DNA of 64,000 nucleotides from an uncultured Candidatus Saccharibacteria bacterium (GTDB lineage Bacteria > Patescibacteriota > UBA1384 > JAMDBS01 > CAYSHH01): the NCBI GenBank assembly GCA_964430945.1, contig CAYSHH010000005.1, positions 334-64,333 of the forward strand, given 5' to 3'. Both the position numbers and the translations under genes were made by a program. Shown in pieces: positions 58,670 to 64,000 of the stretch (its first letter is position 1; each line of letters begins with the position of its first letter). The notes under the pieces are model-generated. The model made no database searches. It was given only the letters and a program-made list of their open reading frames with translations, and was not told the origin of the DNA.

Positions 58670-59655
58670 GTTTATCTATTGGCATAGTAGGATTACCAAA
58701 TGTAGGAAAAAGCACATTGTTTAATGCGCTAGTAAAACAAAGGCAGGCAGCTGCCTCTAATTTTGCATTTTGCACAATTGATCCAAATGTAGGAATTGTT
58801 AATGTTCCAGATGAACGCTTGCAAAAATTAGCAGAAATTGCAAAACCAGAAAAAATTATACCTGCAACAGTAGAATTTATTGATATTGCAGGAATAGTAA
58901 AAGAAGCCCACAAAGGAGAAGGTCTTGGTAATAAGTTTTTATCCCATATTCGAAATACGAACGCTATATGTATGGTTTTAAGGTGTTTCCAGGATGATAA
59001 TATCATGCACGTAGAGGGAAAAATAAATCCAAAAGATGATTTTGAAACAATTATGACTGAGCTAGAACTAGCCGATTTGGGGACTAAAGAAAAAATTAAC
59101 AAAAAAGTTAAAAAAGGACAAATCGACGAGTCAACTATACAGTATCTATCTAAAAAACCATTTATTTTTGCTGCGAATGTATCCGAGGATGAAGCCGGTA
59201 TAAGTGCAGAAGAATGTATCGCAAAATATAATTTAAATTTTATTGATGACCCTAAAAAATTGATCGTAATTTCGGCAAAGGTAGAACAAGATCTTATAGA
59301 TCTTAACGAATCTGAGCAAGAGGAATATCTCGGGAGCCTCGGTCTAAAAAAATCTGGACTGGATCGTTTGATCAGAGTTGCTTATCATACACTTGGTCTT
59401 GAAAGTTATTTTACTGCAGGCCCCAAAGAAGTAAGAGCATGGACTATAAATACTAATTCTACAGCCCCACAAGCTGCAGGAAAGATACATACTGACTTTG
59501 AGCGTGGTTTTATTAGTGCCGATGTGATTGGCTATACTGATTTTATTAAATACAATGGAGAACAGGGTGCTCGTGAGGTAGGAAAACTCAGGCAGGAGGG
59601 TAAGAATTATATCGTCAAGGATGGCGATGTTATAGAATTTAAATTTAACGTTTAG
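58666..59655 (+). CDS. ychF: ribosome-binding ATPase YchF (Obg family)
   Basis: IGIVGLPNVGKSTLFNAL. C-terminal TGS domain. 4-nt overlap with the HD gene. Confidence 0.9.
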   Translation: MSLSIGIVGLPNVGKSTLFNALVKQRQAAASNFAFCTIDPNVGIVNVPDERLQKLAEIAKPEKIIPATVEFIDIAGIVKEAHKGEGLGNKFLSHIRNTNAICMVLRCFQDDNIMHVEGKINPKDDFETIMTELELADLGTKEKINKKVKKGQIDESTIQYLSKKPFIFAANVSEDEAGISAEECIAKYNLNFIDDPKKLIVISAKVEQDLIDLNESEQEEYLGSLGLKKSGLDRLIRVAYHTLGLESYFTAGPKEVRAWTINTNSTAPQAAGKIHTDFERGFISADVIGYTDFIKYNGEQGAREVGKLRQEGKNYIVKDGDVIEFKFNV

Positions 59656-59667
59656 AAAATATTATCA

Positions 59668-59696
59668 TTGACATAGAAAATTAAATTAGATATAAT
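59668..59696 (+). promoter_or_regulatory. consensus sigma70 promoter for the rpsF-ssb-rpsR operon
   Basis: TTGACA, a 17-nt spacer, then TATAAT. Followed by a leader hairpin tccctcttaatagcagaggga. Confidence 0.6.
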
Positions 59697-59802
59697 GTGG
59701 CTAATATTATTTCTTTTTTCCCTCTTAATAGCAGAGGGACTTATGTCCAAGAAAAGAAATTTTTTAGTTAAAAAATAATATTAATGAAAGGAATGCAACA
59801 AG

Positions 59803-60396
59803 ATGCAGTATGAAATTACTTTCATCACAAAAGATGAAAAGGACACAAAAATCGTAAAAGACTTATTAAAATCTGAAAAAGTAAAAATTGTTCATGAAGA
59901 TGAGATGGGTAGAAAAAACTTTGCCTATCCTATAAAAAAGGAAAGTGCTGGCTTTTATTGGACATATTATGTCGAGGCAGAACCCAATGTTATATCAAAG
60001 ATCTCAAATGAACTAAATACTTATAAAGAAATACTTAGATTTTTGATATTGAGTTTCAAGCTAGATATTACGAAGATAAAGAAAATGGGCTCTAAACGTA
60101 GTTCGAGAAATCTAAAAGATGTAATTGAGAAACAAACTCCCAAGGAAGTTGTTTTAGAAAAAGCAGTTGAGAAAAAAGAAAAAACCACTCCTAAAAAATC
60201 AGAAACTGGAAAAAAGACTGTTAAAACAAAAAAAGAAGCAAAAACTATCAAGCGTTCAGTAAAAACGCTAAAAACAGTAAAAAAAGATACTGCGAAACCA
60301 GAAGAAAAAGATAAAAAAACAGAAGAAAAGTCATCTGACGACCAGGAAAGAATCAAAAAACTTGAAGAAAAATTAGATGAACTTTTGAAAGATTAA
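59803..60396 (+). CDS. rpsF: 30S ribosomal protein S6 with a ~100-aa K/E-rich C-terminal extension
   Basis: MQYEITFIT...GRKNFAYPIKK S6 core, then a lysine-rich tail. Confidence 0.88.
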   Translation: MQYEITFITKDEKDTKIVKDLLKSEKVKIVHEDEMGRKNFAYPIKKESAGFYWTYYVEAEPNVISKISNELNTYKEILRFLILSFKLDITKIKKMGSKRSSRNLKDVIEKQTPKEVVLEKAVEKKEKTTPKKSETGKKTVKTKKEAKTIKRSVKTLKTVKKDTAKPEEKDKKTEEKSSDDQERIKKLEEKLDELLKD

Positions 60397-60500
60397 TTTT
60401 AAAAAACAATTAAGTGATACAAAACATATTAAAAATTAAGTAACAATTTCATAGAGACAATTTTAATCCGTAAAACCGAAAACGTCTCTAAAGGAGAATT

Positions 60501-60977
60501 ATGACTGATTTCAATCAAGCTGTAATATTAGGTAATCTCACAAAAGACCCGGAATTTCGCCAAACTCCAAACGGCCAGGCTGTAGCATCTTTTTCCGTAG
60601 CAACCAACCGAAGATGGACCACGCAAGATGGAAACCAACAGGAAAATACACAATTTCATAATGTGGTTGCTTGGGGAAAATTAGCAGAAATCTGCAATAA
60701 AATACTTTATAAGGGCAGAAAAACGTTAGTTGTCGGTCGTATACAAACAAGAAGCTGGGAAGGACAAGACGGGGTCAAACGATATACCACTGAGATTGTA
60801 GCCGATCATATATCTGCCACAGGAGTGTCAAAACCGGGCAGTGGAAATGGTTTCGAGAAATCTACATATAGCGAGAAGAAAATAGACACACCAAAAGACA
60901 ATTCAAAAGACACCGCAAAAACAGAGAAAGAAAATAAAAAAGATGATGAAATAGATCTAGATGATATTCCATTTTAA
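60501..60977 (+). CDS. ssb: single-stranded DNA-binding protein
   Basis: OB-fold N-terminus (VILGNLTKDPEFRQTPNG...VVAWGKLAE) and C-terminal DDIPF tail. Confidence 0.92.
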   Translation: MTDFNQAVILGNLTKDPEFRQTPNGQAVASFSVATNRRWTTQDGNQQENTQFHNVVAWGKLAEICNKILYKGRKTLVVGRIQTRSWEGQDGVKRYTTEIVADHISATGVSKPGSGNGFEKSTYSEKKIDTPKDNSKDTAKTEKENKKDDEIDLDDIPF

Positions 60978-61005
60978 ATAGAATAGAAAGGTAAAACTAA
61001 AAAAT

Positions 61006-61221
61006 ATGAACCCACTACTTAGAAGAAGATGTAAATTTTGTAAAAACAACACAATTTATATTGATTATAAAAACACAGACCAATTAAAAAAATATATGAC
61101 CAACTGGAGTAGGATTAAACCAGCTCAGGTTACTGGCGTATGTTCAAGACATCAAAGAGACCTCACAAAAGCAATTAAACGAGCTCGTTATCTTGCACTA
61201 CTACCATATGTATCAAGATAA
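61006..61221 (+). CDS. rpsR: 30S ribosomal protein S18
   Basis: CKFCKNNTIYIDYKN...RHQRDLTKAIKRARYLALLPY. Confidence 0.92.
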   Translation: MNPLLRRRCKFCKNNTIYIDYKNTDQLKKYMTNWSRIKPAQVTGVCSRHQRDLTKAIKRARYLALLPYVSR

Positions 61222-61310
61222 TAGCCAGCTTAGGTGTGTCGAAAAGTAAAAGACTCAATGATGATATTTTTTAATAAAATATAAAACTAATAATTGTAAA
61301 TTGAGAAAAT

Positions 61311-61871
61311 ATGTTATCACTTAACGAAATAAAAACCGGGACATTGATTAAATATAACAACAATCCTTTTCAGGTTCATTGGGTAGAGCATACTAAACTT
61401 GGAAGAGGTGGGGCGATACTTCGAACCAAGATCAAAAATCTTACTAATGGTGCCATAATTGAAAAAACTTTTAAAGGTAACGAAAAATTAGAAGAAGCCG
61501 ATCTTGAAAGAAAGAAGCATCAGTTTTTATATACTGAGGACGAAAAATATTATTTCATGAATCCTGAAAATTTTGAGCAAATCACTCTTGAAAAATCAAA
61601 CATCGGTGATAAATATAAATACCTAAAAGAAGGAACAGAAACTGAAATACTTTTTTATGAAAATATGCCAATCGCAATCAATTTACCGATTAAGATGAAT
61701 TTTAAAATCACTTATACCGAACCAGGTCTAAAAGGTGATACAAAAAGTTCGACCGCGTTAAAACCTGCAAAAATTGATACAGGGGCAGAGGTCAGGGTAC
61801 CTCTTTTTATAAAAAATGATGATATTATAATCATAGACACTCGAACTGGAAAATACGTTGAACGCGCTTAA
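61311..61871 (+). CDS. efp: elongation factor P (Arg at the modification-loop position)
   Basis: EF-P three-domain pattern. The loop reads KLGRGGA where E. coli has KPGKGQA. Confidence 0.9.
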   Translation: MLSLNEIKTGTLIKYNNNPFQVHWVEHTKLGRGGAILRTKIKNLTNGAIIEKTFKGNEKLEEADLERKKHQFLYTEDEKYYFMNPENFEQITLEKSNIGDKYKYLKEGTETEILFYENMPIAINLPIKMNFKITYTEPGLKGDTKSSTALKPAKIDTGAEVRVPLFIKNDDIIIIDTRTGKYVERA

Positions 61872-61922
61872 ACATCCTTTTTCGTTCTCAATGTGATAAA
61901 ATTAAGATCGAAAGGATTTGGA

Positions 61923-62438
61923 ATGCTTATTGAAGCCAAAAATTTTTTAGATCTACCAGTCGCAACTATTGAAGAAAAAGAAAAAATAGGACTAGTAAAA
62001 AAAATATTAATTGATAAAAAAAATGCTAAAATTCTAGGATTTATAATAAATACTGGGGGTTTTTTGTTTGGTAATGACTTATTTCTGTCAGAGACTGATC
62101 TGCTTGATATTGATACACATGGACTAACAACAAGAAATAAAGATAATTTGGTAGATCCTTCGGAAATTGTTAGAGTCAAAAAGATGCTTGATGAGCAATT
62201 TAGCTTATTTAGACTTACCGCAATGACAAGATCGAAAAGGAAACTAGGAAAAATATCAAACTTTGTGATAGACACGACTATGCTGCAGGTGGTTAAATTC
62301 TATGTTACTGGATGGATAGATAATAAGATTATAGATTACAGACATGTTTATAAAATCACAAATAAAGAAATAATTTTTGATGATTTATCAGAAAAACAAA
62401 CACCAGAAGAAAAAATAAAAAAATTGGCGACAGATTAG
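61923..62438 (+). CDS. PRC-barrel domain protein (two repeats)
   Basis: LDLPVATIEEKEKIGLVKKILID and a second PRC-like half. ATG 8 nt after AAGGA. Confidence 0.5.
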   Translation: MLIEAKNFLDLPVATIEEKEKIGLVKKILIDKKNAKILGFIINTGGFLFGNDLFLSETDLLDIDTHGLTTRNKDNLVDPSEIVRVKKMLDEQFSLFRLTAMTRSKRKLGKISNFVIDTTMLQVVKFYVTGWIDNKIIDYRHVYKITNKEIIFDDLSEKQTPEEKIKKLATD

Positions 62439-62521
62439 GAAAATAAAAATATTTTTCACTCGTAAATTGTGCATACGGATTTGCATTGACTAATCCCAAA
62501 AACTAAGCGACAATAAATACG

Positions 62522-63187
62522 ATGAACATAATTGAACTGCAAAACATAAGTAAATCTTACGGTAAGGATAACGCAAAAATATCAGCCGTAAAAAATGTAT
62601 CTTTGGAGATAAAAAGAGAAGAGTTTGTGGCGATCATGGGACCAAGCGGTTCGGGAAAAACTACATTATTAAATATTGTTGGACTTTTAGATAAGCCGGA
62701 ATCGGGAAAATATTTGCTTGACAGTAGAGAGATAAACAATGAGACTTCTCAAACTACTCTGGCGCAGCTTCGACGTGATAAAATTGGTTTCGTATTTCAA
62801 ACGTTCAATCTCCTACCAAGAACCTCAGCACTTGATAACGTAGTCATGCCCGCAATTTATTCTGGATTAAGAGATAGAGTTGCTATCGCTAAAAAACTTT
62901 TGAAACAAGTAGGATTAGAAAAAAGAATGAATCATGAACCAAATCAAATGTCAGGTGGTGAAAAACAACGTGTTGCGATCGCTCGAGCACTTATCAATAA
63001 TCCTCAGATCATTTTGGCAGATGAACCGACTGGAAACTTAGATACTAAATCAGGAGCTGATATTATGAAAATTTTTCATGATTTAAATAAAAACAAGGGC
63101 ATTACAATAGTGATGATCACCCATGAGGAGGAAATTGCACATCATGCCCAAAGAACCGTTAAAATGAGAGATGGAAAAATAATATAG
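62522..63187 (+). CDS. ABC transporter ATP-binding protein (MacB/LolD/FtsE-like)
   Basis: GPSGSGKTTL and MSGGEKQRVAIARAL. Confidence 0.88.
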   Translation: MNIIELQNISKSYGKDNAKISAVKNVSLEIKREEFVAIMGPSGSGKTTLLNIVGLLDKPESGKYLLDSREINNETSQTTLAQLRRDKIGFVFQTFNLLPRTSALDNVVMPAIYSGLRDRVAIAKKLLKQVGLEKRMNHEPNQMSGGEKQRVAIARALINNPQIILADEPTGNLDTKSGADIMKIFHDLNKNKGITIVMITHEEEIAHHAQRTVKMRDGKII

Positions 63188-63220
63188 AATTAAAATAATT
63201 AGAAAATTATGATTTTATGG

Positions 63221-64000
63221 GAAAGTATTAAACTAGCATTTAAAGCAATCTGGACACATAAAGTGAGGTCATTTCTTACTATGCTTGGAATTTTGATCGG
63301 TATTTCTTCTGTAGTTCTTTTAGTTTCTCTCGGTGAAGGTGTCAAAGAAGATATTAAGGGGCTTGTAGGTGATTTAGGATCTAATTTTATATTTGTAATC
63401 GGCGGTGATATAGAAGGTATGACGAGTGGAACTGGAGTAAACCAAGGAAACATCAAAACAGCTGCGGGAAATCCTGCGAATCTAATCAATGATAATATTT
63501 TCACTCAAGAAGATTTAGATAACATCAAATCAACCGATGGCGTAGAATATGTTTCTCCCATGGGACTAGTCTCGGGACTACTACAATATGATGATAAGCT
63601 AGCTTCCCCTATGACAATGTCCGTAACTCCCGAAATGCAATATATCTGGAGTGGACTAGAGATCGGCGAGGGTAGATTTTTAGATCAGAATGATATGAAC
63701 GAAAAAAAGCAAGTAATCGTAATTGGAGATACTCCAAAACAAAATTTATTTGGAGATGAAGATGCTATTGGCAAGGTTGTAAAAATTGCTGGCAAGGATC
63801 AAGAATATGAATTTGAAGTTGTGGGTGTATTTAAAAAACCTTCAATTACGTCTGTTTTTTCGGGTGATATGAACACTCTAGCCGTAATTCCATATAACGT
63901 TGGAAAAGATTTATTTAATAAGGGTGAAGAAAATATTATGAGAATTGCAATTAGAGCAAAAGACGGAACGAATATTAAAGAGGTTAGCGAAAATATTCAA
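63221..64000 (+). CDS. MacB/FtsX-family ABC permease, partial (runs off the 3' window edge)
   Basis: MILWESIKLAFKAIWTHKVRSFLTMLGILIGISSVVLLVSLGEG N-terminus followed by the periplasmic domain. Not in the ORF track because no stop codon falls in the window. Confidence 0.7.

Noticed and set aside
63199-63504. 101-aa minus-strand ORF
   Set aside because: It is antisense to the N-terminus of the MacB/FtsX permease, which has clear family features.
1-64000. Alternative genetic code (UGA recoding), as found in some candidate phyla
   Set aside because: All well-conserved genes (typA, lepA, dnaE, gltX, trxB) read through without in-frame TGA, so the standard code applies.

Overview
This 64 kb window is AT-rich (about one-third GC by eye), gene-dense, and coded on both strands. 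Nearly every gene ends in a short GC-rich hairpin followed by a T-run. It reads as a small-genome, low-GC bacterium with a Gram-positive-like envelope, possibly a CPR/Patescibacteria-like lineage; that placement is inference. The basis is K/E-rich C-terminal tails on ribosomal proteins L19 and S6, two sortases, a WecA/TagO-family transferase, MurJ, and no in-frame TGA anywhere. Confident housekeeping calls are typA, lepA, dnaE, trxB, ndk, gltX, murJ, rpmA-rplS-yraN, rpsF-ssb-rpsR, efp, ychF, rubrerythrin, a family-4 uracil-DNA glycosylase, a zupT-like ZIP zinc transporter, a Xer-like tyrosine recombinase, an M16 peptidase, and one tRNA-Lys(UUU) with encoded CCA. Accessory content includes a glutamate decarboxylase / amino-acid antiporter pair, two MacAB-like ABC efflux modules (one divergent from an ECF sigma factor), an ABC-F ATPase, and several small membrane peptides absent from the ORF track. 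The most unusual region is a minus-strand locus at 39.6-47.5 kb. Two sortase genes with the TLMTC catalytic motif bracket three secreted proteins and a small polytopic membrane protein. All three secreted proteins end in the same non-canonical sorting signal (LVSTGASLWFNIL, then a TM helix, then a basic tail). Two of them carry fibronectin-III-like and Cys-rich modules, and the third carries beta-propeller-like repeats. This looks like a sortase-dependent surface-display or pilus-like assembly system with an LVSTG motif that I do not recognise. A second candidate is a TetR - radical SAM/SPASM operon whose three-Cys cluster sits about 135 residues in, as in RiPP maturases that carry an N-terminal peptide-recognition domain. 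It has a perfect 16-bp operator palindrome and lies convergent to an ABC-2 exporter operon. Other loose ends are a CYTH-like protein beside the tRNA, a DGxHR (ParB/DndB-like) protein, and a duplicated ~100-bp element encoding a K/R-rich 26-aa peptide. No CRISPR array and no clear mobile-element boundaries were seen.
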